Of a stretch of DNA of 64,000 nt, positions 10,571-19,747 are shown in pieces. Below the pieces are notes generated by a model, which did no database searches, was not told where the DNA came from, and saw nothing but the letters and a program-made list of their open reading frames with translations. The position numbers and the translations under genes were made by a program. Source of the DNA: an uncultured Chloroflexia bacterium (GTDB lineage: Bacteria > Chloroflexota > Limnocylindria > Limnocylindrales > CSP1-4). The stretch's first letter is position 1; each line of letters opens with the position of its first letter. Where the stretch lies: NCBI GenBank assembly GCA_963746845.1, contig CAVVCZ010000004.1, positions 480,001 to 544,000 of the forward strand, written 5' to 3'.

Positions 10571-11572
10571 TCAGCTGTCCGGGATCTCCTCGACACGCAC
10601 CGGTCGGTGCTCGTGGAGCGAACGGGTGGCGGCCTCCGCGATCCGGATGGCCTGGACGCCGTCGCGCGCCGTGCACGGGCTCGGCAGCTCGCCGCGGGCC
10701 ACGCGCACGAACGTCGCGAGCTCCTCGGCGTAGGCGTCCCCGAACCGGTCCATGAACTGGGCCCACGGCGGACCCGCGGGCGGCGGGACGCCCGGCTCGA
10801 CGGAGCGCATCGGGGTCCGCGGGCCGAGGCCGACGCTGACCGAGTCGCCCGAGCCGAACAGCTCCGCGCGGATGTCGTAGCCGAGCGGGTCATGGCGCGC
10901 CGACGTCAGGACGCCGAGCACGCCGTCGTCCATGCGGAGCGTCGCGACGCCGGTGTCGACGTCGCCGTACTTGGCGAACACGGGGAAGCCACGGACGCCG
11001 CCGTCGGCGTAGACCTCGACGACCTCGTGGCCGGTCAGCCACCGGATGACGTCGAAGTCGTGGATGCTGAAATCCCGGAACAGGCCGCCGGACTGTGGGA
11101 TGTACGACTCGTGGGGCGGCGCGGGATCGTGGCCGGCGAGGCGGTAGGCGTAGAGCGTCCCGAGCGCACCGGTCTCGACGAGCCGGCGGGCCTCGCGGTA
11201 GCCGGCGTCGAAACGGCGCTGGAACCCGAGCTGGAACCGGATCCCCGCGTCCTCGACCGTTCGGGCGACCGCGATGGAGGCCGCGACGTCGAGCGCCAGC
11301 GGCTTCTCGCAGAACGTCGGGAGCCCGCGTCGCGCCGACATCGTGATCAGTGCTGCATGGGCGGACGTCGCGGCCGCGATGACGACAGCGTCCGCCCCGT
11401 CCAGGGCCGCGTCGACGCTCGGAGCCGCGGTCGCACCGACGGTCGCGGCCGCATCCGCTGCGGAGCTCGGCACCTCGTCCGCGATGATCAGGGCATCCAC
11501 GCCGCGCGTCTTCGACAACAGCCCCGCGTGGAACCGACCGATCCGGCCCGCGCCGATCAGGGCGATCTTCAT
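10571..11572 (-). CDS. iolG: Inositol 2-dehydrogenase (Gfo/Idh/MocA)
   Basis: IGAGRIG, FCEKP, GFQRRFD and GGLFRDFSIHDFD motifs; iol cluster context. Confidence 0.85.
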   Translation of the reverse strand: MKIALIGAGRIGRFHAGLLSKTRGVDALIIADEVPSSAADAAATVGATAAPSVDAALDGADAVVIAAATSAHAALITMSARRGLPTFCEKPLALDVAASIAVARTVEDAGIRFQLGFQRRFDAGYREARRLVETGALGTLYAYRLAGHDPAPPHESYIPQSGGLFRDFSIHDFDVIRWLTGHEVVEVYADGGVRGFPVFAKYGDVDTGVATLRMDDGVLGVLTSARHDPLGYDIRAELFGSGDSVSVGLGPRTPMRSVEPGVPPPAGPPWAQFMDRFGDAYAEELATFVRVARGELPSPCTARDGVQAIRIAEAATRSLHEHRPVRVEEIPDS

Positions 11573-12582
11573 GCGATGTGCCCCGCGTCATCCGCGACGG
11601 ACCCGGGGCGACCGGAGACGCGTCGCAGCGCCGCGCCGAGCACCCGCCGGCCGATCGCCGCGCTCTCCGCCGGTGGCGGCCAGCCGCTGTCCTGCTCGAC
11701 CATCAGCCAGCCGTCGTAGGACCGCTCGGCCAGGACGCCGAGGATCCCGTCCAGGTCGAGGAGGCCCGCGCCGAGCTCCGTGAAGAGGCGTGCCCGGATC
11801 CCCGCCGCGAACCCCGCCACCCGGCCGCTCCGCAGCCCGGCGAGGACCTCCGGATCGACGTCCTTCAGATGGACGTGCTCGACGCGCGGGCCGTACCGGC
11901 GGAGGGCCGCCACCGGATCTCCGCCGCCGACGATGTAGTGCCCGACGTCGAGGCAGAACGGCAGGACGTCGGCCGCGATGGAGCCCGCCAGGCGATCCAC
12001 CTCCTCGGGGGTCTCGACGTACGTCCCGGCGTGGGGATGGAACGCGAGCCGCGCCCCGGCGCGGCGCGTCTCGTCGGAGATCGCCGCGAGGAGATCCACG
12101 GTCCGCGCCCAGCCGTCGTCGGTCAGCCGCGGGGCGGCCGCGTCACGGGCGTGACCGGCGAACGGGTCCCGCTCGGGGCTGCCGTCGAACGCGATGCACA
12201 GCACCTCGCCGCCGCCGTCGACCAGCAGCCGGATGCGCTCGCGGACCCCCTCGAGCGAGCCCGCGACCGGACCGGCGGGAGTGGCTCCGAACCACGCATA
12301 GACCTCCGCGAGGCGGAGGCCGCGGGCCGCGAGGATCCCGCGCAGCGCGTCGCCCTCCGGGAACCCGAGGCCGAGCTGGGTCCCGTCGTAGCCGGTCCGG
12401 GCGATGTCGTCGAGGACGACCTCCGCGGTGGCGTTCAGGCGGAGCTCGGGCACGTCCACGTTGTTCCAGAGGATCGGGACCGTGCCGATCGGGGCGTGGG
12501 CGAGCGGCCCAGCCACGGCGAGTCGTCGGCGCAGCCGCTCGGCCTGCTCGACGAGGGCGGGCGGTGGCGAGGCGACGGTCAT
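11569..12582 (-). CDS. iolE: Myo-inosose-2 dehydratase (TIM barrel)
   Basis: PILWNN, FHPHAGTYVET, LDVGH, HVHLKD, FTELGAG and WLMVEQD motifs; ATGA-coupled to the upstream gene. Confidence 0.82.
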   Translation of the reverse strand: MTVASPPPALVEQAERLRRRLAVAGPLAHAPIGTVPILWNNVDVPELRLNATAEVVLDDIARTGYDGTQLGLGFPEGDALRGILAARGLRLAEVYAWFGATPAGPVAGSLEGVRERIRLLVDGGGEVLCIAFDGSPERDPFAGHARDAAAPRLTDDGWARTVDLLAAISDETRRAGARLAFHPHAGTYVETPEEVDRLAGSIAADVLPFCLDVGHYIVGGGDPVAALRRYGPRVEHVHLKDVDPEVLAGLRSGRVAGFAAGIRARLFTELGAGLLDLDGILGVLAERSYDGWLMVEQDSGWPPPAESAAIGRRVLGAALRRVSGRPGSVADDAGHIA

Positions 12583-14399
12583 CGGTGCTGTTCCTCCGCG
12601 CGGCCCTCGAGCCAGCGCGCATGCTGCTCCGGGTGGTTCGGCGGGCTCGGGGCGTCCCACCAGCCGGTCTTGTCCGGACCGGCCCGCTCCAGATCACGAT
12701 CGACCTTCACGTGGACGAGGGAGGGCCCTCCGGACGCGAGCGCCCGTCCCACCGCCGGCCCGACCTCGTCGGGATGGGCCGCGGTCTCGCTGTGCAGGCC
12801 GAACGCCGCCCCGATCGCCCGGAAGTCGGGGGAGTAGACCGAGCCGTCCGGGGTCAGGAAGTCGGTCCAGGCCGTCCGGCCGAAGAAGCTCTGCTGGCCG
12901 CCCTTGATGCTGATCCAGCCGGAGTTGTCGAGGACGACCGTGCAGACCGGGGCGCCGGCGAGAACGGCGGCCTGGAGCTCCTGCATCGTCTGGAGGAAGT
13001 CCCCGTCGCCGCAGACCGCGAGGACCTGTCGCTCGGGCTTCGCGAGCTGGGCGCCGATCGCGGCCGGCAGCGTGAACCCCATCGTCGAGAACCCGCCGGA
13101 CGTGAGGTGGGTCCGCGGCTGGCGGGTGACCCAGCGCTGTTTGACCATGCCCTGCGGGAGGCCGGCCCCGGTCACGACGATCGCGTCATCGCGCGTCGCG
13201 CCCTGGACCTCGCGGACCGCGCGGGCCATTGACATCGGCACCGCGTCCGATCCGGACTTGCCCTCGACCAGCTCGTACCACTCGCCCTTGAGCCGCTGGA
13301 TCTCGTCGTAGTACGGCGTGTCGCGGTAGACGTCCGGACCGCCGCCCGGACCGAGGGCCGTCAGCAGGTCCAGGAGGGCCGCCTTCGCGTCGCCGACCAG
13401 GGCCACGTCGACCGGGTAGTTCTTGCCGATCTCGCGCGGGTCGATGTCCACCTGGATCAGGCGCGACGGCGGGATCGCGAACGTCACGCCCTTGCGGTAC
13501 GAGGAGGCCGACCAGTCGGTGAAGCGGTTGCCGACCGAGACGACGACGTCCGCCGATGCCGCCAGCCGGTTGCCGCAGGTCGAGGCCGTGTCGCCGATCG
13601 TCTGGGCGGACAGCTCATGAGTCTCGTCGATCGCGCCCTTGCCGTTCCAGGTCGTGACGACCGGGGCGCCGAGCCGCTCGGCCAGCGCGACCACCTCGTC
13701 CCACGCCTCGGCGAGGATCGCCCCGCCGCCCGCGACGATGACCGGGCGGGCCGCCTCGCGGAGGCGGGCCGCGGCGCGCTCGACGTCGTCGGACGCCGGC
13801 CGGACCCGGCCCCGCGCCCGGCGCGACGAGGGCACCGGCAGCTGGACGTCGGCGGCCTCCGCCTGGACGTCCATCGGCAGGTCGAGCAGGACCGGGCCGG
13901 GCCGTCCGCTCGTCATGGCGTTCCAGGCGCGGTGGAGGACGAAGGGCAGGTCGTCGACGCGGGACGGCTGCCACCACTCCTTCACGAGCGGCTCGAACAC
14001 GCGCGGGTTGTCGGCGTGGTGGCGGCGCTCCAGCTCCTGGAACAGCCCGTGGCCGCGCATGTACGTGTGGGGCGAGCCCGTCGCGAGGGCGACGGCCGTC
14101 GAATCGACGTACGCCGTGCCCATCCCGATCACCGTGTTCATCGCGCCGGGCCCGATGCTCGTGAACGCGAGGATCGGCTGGCCCGTGGCGCGATACCAGC
14201 CGTCGGCGAGGTGCACGGCCGATTGCTCGTGCATGACCTGGACGGTCCGGATCGCGTCGCGTCGATCGAGGAGGGCGTCGGTGATCGCCCAGGAGCCGTG
14301 ACCCGGGATCCCGGCGACGAGCGGCACGCCCTCGTTGACGAGGTGCTCGACGAGGATCTGGGCGCCGGTCAGCCGGGTCCGCGTCGTGGGATCGCTCAA
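12579..14399 (-). CDS. iolD: TPP-dependent enzyme, IolD-like ring-opening acylhydrolase
   Basis: RLTGAQ, GIPGHG, TSIGPG, GDGDF..N TPP motif and C-terminal WWD as in IolD; iol context; sequence is divergent. Confidence 0.72.
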   Translation of the reverse strand: MSDPTTRTRLTGAQILVEHLVNEGVPLVAGIPGHGSWAITDALLDRRDAIRTVQVMHEQSAVHLADGWYRATGQPILAFTSIGPGAMNTVIGMGTAYVDSTAVALATGSPHTYMRGHGLFQELERRHHADNPRVFEPLVKEWWQPSRVDDLPFVLHRAWNAMTSGRPGPVLLDLPMDVQAEAADVQLPVPSSRRARGRVRPASDDVERAAARLREAARPVIVAGGGAILAEAWDEVVALAERLGAPVVTTWNGKGAIDETHELSAQTIGDTASTCGNRLAASADVVVSVGNRFTDWSASSYRKGVTFAIPPSRLIQVDIDPREIGKNYPVDVALVGDAKAALLDLLTALGPGGGPDVYRDTPYYDEIQRLKGEWYELVEGKSGSDAVPMSMARAVREVQGATRDDAIVVTGAGLPQGMVKQRWVTRQPRTHLTSGGFSTMGFTLPAAIGAQLAKPERQVLAVCGDGDFLQTMQELQAAVLAGAPVCTVVLDNSGWISIKGGQQSFFGRTAWTDFLTPDGSVYSPDFRAIGAAFGLHSETAAHPDEVGPAVGRALASGGPSLVHVKVDRDLERAGPDKTGWWDAPSPPNHPEQHARWLEGRAEEQHR

Positions 14400-14419
14400 C
14401 AGGTCCCCTTGCGATACGA

Positions 14420-14433
14420 TGTAATCGTTTACA
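14420..14433. promoter_or_regulatory. LacI-family operator
   Basis: TGTAATCGTTTACA, a near-perfect palindrome with central CG, just downstream of the iolD promoter. Confidence 0.8.
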
Positions 14434-14446
14434 CGCGCGGATCGAG

Positions 14447-14475
14447 AGCGTAGGCACCTCGTTGCCGCATGTCAA
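14447..14475 (-). promoter_or_regulatory. Sigma70-type promoter of the iolD operon
   Basis: TTGACA-N17-TACGCT on the minus strand. Confidence 0.75.
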
Positions 14476-14638
14476 CGGTCGTGTTGCGACCCGGAGCCGA
14501 CGCAGCGTACGCGTCGCGTGGGGCGTCGTCGATGCCAGCGCGTTGGTCTCCGCACGGGCGTCGCGGTAAGGTGTCGACGATGCAGCCGGTCGTCGGTGCG
14601 GGCGGCGGGCATGCGACGAAAGGGCAGGGGTCGAGACG

Positions 14639-16192
14639 ATGACGCAGGTGGCCGAGCCGGGGCGCGCCCGGGCCGAGACGCAGGGAGGCCCGACCCTCGG
14701 GGCCGTCCATCACTGGATCGGCGGGGCGATCGTGGAGGGCACGTCCGGGCGTCGCGGTCCGGTCTACGACCCGGCGACAGGCCGGATCGCCCGTGAGGTC
14801 GACTTCGCGACCGTCGACGAGGTCGGAGCGGCGGTCGCCGCCGCCAGGGCCGCCTTCCCGGCGTGGCGGGCCACGTCGCTGTCGAAGCGGACCGAGATCC
14901 TGTTCCGCATCCGCAATCTCGTCGAGACCCATCGGCGCGAGCTCGCTGCGCACCTGACCGCGGAGCACGGCAAGGTGCCGTCCGACGCGCTCGGCGAGAT
15001 CGCCCGCGGCCTCGAGAACCTCGAGTTCGCCTGCGGGATCCCGAATCTCTTGAAGGGCGGCTTCACGGAGCAGGCCTCGACCGGCGTCGACGTCTTCCAG
15101 ATCCGCCAGCCGCTCGGCGTCGTCGCCGGAATCACGCCGTTCAACTTCCCGGCGATGGTCCCGATGTGGATGTTCGGCAACGCGATCGCCTGCGGCAACA
15201 CGTTCGTCCTGAAGCCGTCCGAGAAGGACCCGTCCGCATCGATGTTCCTCGCCGAGCTCCTCCACGAGGCCGGCGTCCCGGATGGCGTGTTCAACGTCGT
15301 CCACGGCGACAAGGTCGCGGTCGACGCGATCCTCGAGCACCCGGACATCTCGGCGGTGTCGTTCGTCGGCTCGACCCCGATCGCCCGGTACATCTACGAG
15401 ACCGGCACGAAGAACGGGAAGCGGGTCCAGGCCCTCGGCGGGGCGAAGAACCACATGATCGTCCTGCCGGACGCCGACATCGACATGGCCGCCGATGCCG
15501 CGGTCTCCGCGGGCTACGGCTCGGCGGGCGAGCGCTGCATGGCGATCGCGACGGTCGTCGCGGTGGGCGCGGTCGCCGACCCGCTGGTCGACGCGATCAA
15601 GGCCCGGCTCCCGAAGATCAAGGTGGGTCCGGGGAGCGATCCCGAGGCCGAGATGGGCCCGCTGGTCACGCGCCAGCACCGCGACAAGGTCGCGTCCTAC
15701 CTCGAGTCGGGCCCCGCCCAGGGTGCCACGCTCGTCGCCGACGGCCGCGACCACCCGCTGTACGACGAGTCCGAGGGCGGCTTCTTCCTCGGTGTCTCGC
15801 TGATCGACCACGTGACGACGGACATGGACGCGTACCGCGACGAGATCTTCGGCCCGGTGCTGACGGTCGTTCGCGTCGACACCTATGAGGAGGCCGTCCA
15901 CCTCGTCAACGACAACCCGTACGGGAACGGCACCGCGATCTTCACGCGGGATGGCGGTGCCGCCCGCCAGTTCCAGTTCGAGGCCAACGCGGGGATGGTC
16001 GGGATCAACGTCCCGATCCCGGTTCCGGTCGCCTACTACAGCTTCGGCGGCTGGAAGCACTCGCTCTTCGGCGACCTGCACATGTACGGCCCCGAGGGGA
16101 TCCAGTTCTACACGCGGGCGAAGATCGTGACCCAGCGCTGGCCGGACCCGGGGACCTCGAAGATCGACCTCGGGTTCCCGCGGACGCGCTGA
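14639..16192 (+). CDS. iolA: CoA-acylating (methyl)malonate-semialdehyde dehydrogenase
   Basis: GITPFNFPAMVPMW, KPSEKDP, GGAKNH, GERCMA and INVPIPVP motifs. Confidence 0.95.
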   Translation: MTQVAEPGRARAETQGGPTLGAVHHWIGGAIVEGTSGRRGPVYDPATGRIAREVDFATVDEVGAAVAAARAAFPAWRATSLSKRTEILFRIRNLVETHRRELAAHLTAEHGKVPSDALGEIARGLENLEFACGIPNLLKGGFTEQASTGVDVFQIRQPLGVVAGITPFNFPAMVPMWMFGNAIACGNTFVLKPSEKDPSASMFLAELLHEAGVPDGVFNVVHGDKVAVDAILEHPDISAVSFVGSTPIARYIYETGTKNGKRVQALGGAKNHMIVLPDADIDMAADAAVSAGYGSAGERCMAIATVVAVGAVADPLVDAIKARLPKIKVGPGSDPEAEMGPLVTRQHRDKVASYLESGPAQGATLVADGRDHPLYDESEGGFFLGVSLIDHVTTDMDAYRDEIFGPVLTVVRVDTYEEAVHLVNDNPYGNGTAIFTRDGGAARQFQFEANAGMVGINVPIPVPVAYYSFGGWKHSLFGDLHMYGPEGIQFYTRAKIVTQRWPDPGTSKIDLGFPRTR

Positions 16193-16332
16193 TGGTCGAC
16201 TCGCTCGCCGGGCGCAACGGCGACGACCTCATCGTCAGCCTCGACTTGATCGAGATCAACGAGGCATTCGCCGCGCGTGGCGATGGCCATCGAGCGGGTC
16301 GGGGCGGCCGCGTGATGGGACCCGGCCGATGA
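16192..16332 (+). pseudogene. Collapsed thiolase (acetyl-CoA acyltransferase) remnant
   Basis: 46-codon ORF containing DLIEINEAFAA (thiolase NEAF motif); another frame gives VAMAIERVGAAA-stop (16313-16315), resembling a thiolase C-terminus. Confidence 0.7.
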
Positions 16333-17444
16333 CCCTCACCCGGATGCCCGCGCCACCGCTCGCCGACACGCCGCTCGGGCGGACGATCGCGACCACCCCC
16401 ACCGACATCTGGAACGATTCGTGCGCGATCGACGAACTCACCTACGCGATCTCGTTCGGGGCGGTCGGCGCGACCGCCAATCCGACGATCGTCACCGACG
16501 TCTGGAAGGCGGAGCCGACGCGCTGGCGCGACCGCGTGCGGCAGCTCACGGCCGAGCGGCGGGACGCGAGCGAGGTCGACCTCGCCTGGACCATCGTCGA
16601 CGAGATGTCCGTGCGGGCGGCGCCGCTGCTGACCCCGGCCTTCGAGGCCACCGAAGGGCGCCAGGGCCGCCTGTCCACGCAGACCGACCCGACCAACCAT
16701 CGGTCGCCCGAGCGGATGCTCGCCCAGGGGCTGCATTTCACCGGGCTCGCACCGAACATCATCGTCAAGTTCCCGGCGACCGCCGCGGGCCTCGTGGCGA
16801 TGGAAGAGGCGACCGCCAACGGCGTGAGCGTCAACACGACGGTCTGCTTCTCGGTCGCCCAGGCGGTCGCAGCGGCCGAGGCGATCGACCGGGGTCTCCG
16901 GCGGCGCGAGGCGGCCGGGGAGTCGACCGCATCCATGGGCCCGGTCGTCACGATCATGATGGGAAGGATCGAGGACTGGCTCCGGATCCAGACGGAGCGA
17001 GACGGCATCGTCGCCGACCCGACGGCCGTCCCGTGGTCCGGCGTCGCGGTGTTCAAGCGCGCCTACGGGATCTTCCGCGAGCGCGGGTTCCGTGCCCGGC
17101 TCCTCGGGGCGGCGATCCGGCACCACCTGCACTGGTCGGAGCTGATCGGCGGCGACGTCGTCATCACGATGCCCGCCGCCTGGCAGCGCCGGTTCAATGC
17201 GTCCACGATCGAGGTCCGGCCCCGGATGGACGATCCGGTCGACGCCGGGATCGTGGAGGGGCTTGCCGCCCACTACCCGGATTTCGTCCGCGCGTATGAG
17301 CCGGACGGGCTGACCGTCGCGGAGTTCGATTCCTTCCCACCCACGGCACGGACGCTCCGGGCGTTCATCGCCTCGTACCACGAGCTCCTCCACCAGGTGA
17401 CCGACGCGATGATCCCGAACCCCGACCTTCGCCCCGGGTCCTGA
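16329..17444 (+). CDS. Transaldolase-family protein
   Basis: IWNDS, GATANPTI, GRLSTQ, IVKFPAT (Schiff-base Lys), VNTTVCFS..Q and MMGRIED motifs. Confidence 0.9.
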   Translation: MTLTRMPAPPLADTPLGRTIATTPTDIWNDSCAIDELTYAISFGAVGATANPTIVTDVWKAEPTRWRDRVRQLTAERRDASEVDLAWTIVDEMSVRAAPLLTPAFEATEGRQGRLSTQTDPTNHRSPERMLAQGLHFTGLAPNIIVKFPATAAGLVAMEEATANGVSVNTTVCFSVAQAVAAAEAIDRGLRRREAAGESTASMGPVVTIMMGRIEDWLRIQTERDGIVADPTAVPWSGVAVFKRAYGIFRERGFRARLLGAAIRHHLHWSELIGGDVVITMPAAWQRRFNASTIEVRPRMDDPVDAGIVEGLAAHYPDFVRAYEPDGLTVAEFDSFPPTARTLRAFIASYHELLHQVTDAMIPNPDLRPGS

Positions 17445-17447
17445 GCC

Positions 17448-18374
17448 GTGGCCGAGCCCGAGATTCCGGCCCGCGCTCTGCCGAGCGACCTCCCATCCGA
17501 CGACCTCCTCCTGCGTCCCGACGCCTCCGGCGAGGTCGCGTTCGACGCCGAACGGGCCGGCTGGCGGTATCTGTCGCTCGAGGTGCGAGTCGTGCCGGCC
17601 GGCGGCCTCCGCATCGCCGGTTCGCCGGGTCAGGAGACGTGCGTCGTCGTCCAGTCCGGCCACGACGTCTCGCTGGCCGATCCCGACGGCGGGCGGTGGG
17701 CGCTCCCGGGGCGCGAGACCGTGTTCTCGGATCTCCCGTCCGCGCTGTGGCTGCCCGACGGCCGCGAGCTGACGGTGACCGAGGGCCGCCCGTCGGAGCG
17801 GCCGGCGACGATCGTCGTCGCGCGTGCGCCGCGATCCGGCCGCGACGGGGTCGCCGCGGAGCCGATCCCGATCGCGCCGGCCGACGTCGCGGTCGAGACC
17901 CGCGGCGCCGGCAACGCGACGCGTCAGATCGCGCACATCGTCACGCCGTCGTTCCCGGCCGACCGCCTCGAGGTCGTCGAGGTCTACACGCCGTCGGGGA
18001 ACTGGTCGAGCTGGCCCCCGCACAAGCACGACATCGACGCGATGCCCGGCGAGGCGGTCCTCGAGGAGATCTACCACTACCGGTTCCGACGTCCTGCGGC
18101 GTGGGCCGTCCAGCGCGTCTACCGCGCCGACCGCTCGCGCGACGCGATCTTCGAGGTGCACGACGGCGACGTGGTGCTCGTCACCGACGGCTATCACCCG
18201 TTCGCGGCGGCGCACGGCGACGACGCCTACTACCTCAACGCCCTGGCCGGCGACCGGCGGACGATGGCCTGCTCGTTCGACCCGGATCTCGACTGGGTGC
18301 GCGAGACGTGGTCCGCGATGGCGACCGACCCGCGCGTGCCGCTCGTCCCGCCGGCGGCCGTCCCCGTCGCCTGA
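17448..18374 (+). CDS. iolB: 5-deoxy-glucuronate isomerase
   Basis: EVYTPSGNWSSWPPHKHD, LEEIYHY, GYHP and YYLNALAG motifs. Confidence 0.95.
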   Translation: MAEPEIPARALPSDLPSDDLLLRPDASGEVAFDAERAGWRYLSLEVRVVPAGGLRIAGSPGQETCVVVQSGHDVSLADPDGGRWALPGRETVFSDLPSALWLPDGRELTVTEGRPSERPATIVVARAPRSGRDGVAAEPIPIAPADVAVETRGAGNATRQIAHIVTPSFPADRLEVVEVYTPSGNWSSWPPHKHDIDAMPGEAVLEEIYHYRFRRPAAWAVQRVYRADRSRDAIFEVHDGDVVLVTDGYHPFAAAHGDDAYYLNALAGDRRTMACSFDPDLDWVRETWSAMATDPRVPLVPPAAVPVA

Positions 18375-19747
18375 GCCCGCCGCCGCAGGCGATCCACGCG
18401 GGCGGTCAGGCTCCGCTCCGTGAGCGGATCGCCCATGCCGAGCCGCCGCCGGGCCTCGGCCAGCGCGACCGCTCGCCGGGTCGCCTCGAGCGCACCGACC
18501 GGATCGGCCAGGCGGTGCTCGCGCAGCTTCGCGATCTCGATCCAGGCGTGGATGGCGACGGCCCCGCCCCGGCCCGTCAGCTCGTGCCACGCGCCGATGG
18601 CGTCGTCGTAGCGGCCCATCCGTCGGAGGAGCCGCGCCCGCTCGATCCCGACGCGCTCCGGTGTCCAGGGCGAGTCCAGGCGGCCCTCGACGGTCCGCGA
18701 CCACGACGCCGGTCGGCGGTGGCTGCCGATGTCCGCGACCCGGTGTGGATGCCACCATGGCCGGCGCGGGTCGTCGTCGCCGTCCGCCTCGACGGGCGCG
18801 TCTCCGCCGAACGGCGACAGCACGGGCTCCGGCGGGCGGCCCGGATCCAGCGCGGCGTCAAGGCACGCCAGGGCGTCCTCGAGCCGGCGGTCCCGGGCGA
18901 ACGCACGGGCGAGGCCGGCGAGGTCGCCGCGCGGCGCGGACGGGCGCACGCTCGCGTCGGCGTAGTCGATGTCGATCCGGCCGAGCAGCCGGGCGAGCGA
19001 GCGCACGTCCTCCCGGTTGTGGCGGACGACCTCCATCAAGGGCTCGGCGGGGGCGCCGCGGAGGAAGTCGAGGAACCGGCCCGGGATCTGCCAGCCCTCG
19101 ACGTCGCCGTGGCGGTGGGTGCCGAGCAGCTCCGTCTCGACCGTTCGGAGCCGTGCGTCGGTCATCCGGTGCCGGAACACCCGCCGCACGAACGGCAGCA
19201 GGTCCAGGTGGCCGGCGAGCGGCGGTGGTGCGGCCCGCGTCATCCGGTAGCGAGCGGTGAGCAGCGGCCAATCGAATCCCCGGCCGTTGTACGTCACGAG
19301 CCAGGCCTCGGGCGGCAGGTGGCGGGCCACGCGGGCGAGAAGCCCGGCCTCCGCGGGGTGGTCCGGCAGCAGCAGCTGGACCTGGCGGAACCGGTCGTCC
19401 TCCCACCACCCGAGCCCCACGAGGAACGCGACCGTGCCGGACGCCGTCGCGAGGCCGGTGGTCTCGGTGTCGAGGCAGACGAGCGGCACGTCCGGCGGCG
19501 GCAGGCCCGGGAGCCCGGCGAGCCGCTCGCGGTCCAACGGGAGGATCACGGTCGCGGGCTCGCATCGGACGACGGGACCGGCCGGGTCGAGCAGGAGCTC
19601 CCCGTCGACCGCCGCGGCCAGGCGCCGGCCGAGCTCGATCGAGCCGTGGCCGACCCCGCCATCGCCGCGATCGCCGGGCTCTCGTCCGGCCGCTGCGAGC
19701 GTCGCGCGGTAGTTCGCCAGCCGGCGTTCGAGCGTCGCCCCGCTCAT
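18230..19747 (-). CDS. YprB/MrfB-like RNase H-fold (DEDDh) exonuclease with C-terminal TPR-like helices
   Basis: LDTETTGL, VTYNGRGFDWP, HLDLL and HNREDV motifs; coupled to the helicase; 3' end overlaps iolB. Confidence 0.85.
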   Translation of the reverse strand: MSGATLERRLANYRATLAAAGREPGDRGDGGVGHGSIELGRRLAAAVDGELLLDPAGPVVRCEPATVILPLDRERLAGLPGLPPPDVPLVCLDTETTGLATASGTVAFLVGLGWWEDDRFRQVQLLLPDHPAEAGLLARVARHLPPEAWLVTYNGRGFDWPLLTARYRMTRAAPPPLAGHLDLLPFVRRVFRHRMTDARLRTVETELLGTHRHGDVEGWQIPGRFLDFLRGAPAEPLMEVVRHNREDVRSLARLLGRIDIDYADASVRPSAPRGDLAGLARAFARDRRLEDALACLDAALDPGRPPEPVLSPFGGDAPVEADGDDDPRRPWWHPHRVADIGSHRRPASWSRTVEGRLDSPWTPERVGIERARLLRRMGRYDDAIGAWHELTGRGGAVAIHAWIEIAKLREHRLADPVGALEATRRAVALAEARRRLGMGDPLTERSLTARVDRLRRRAQATGTAAGGTSGTRGSVAIADHVSRTQSRSGSNEQAIVRRSPARALR

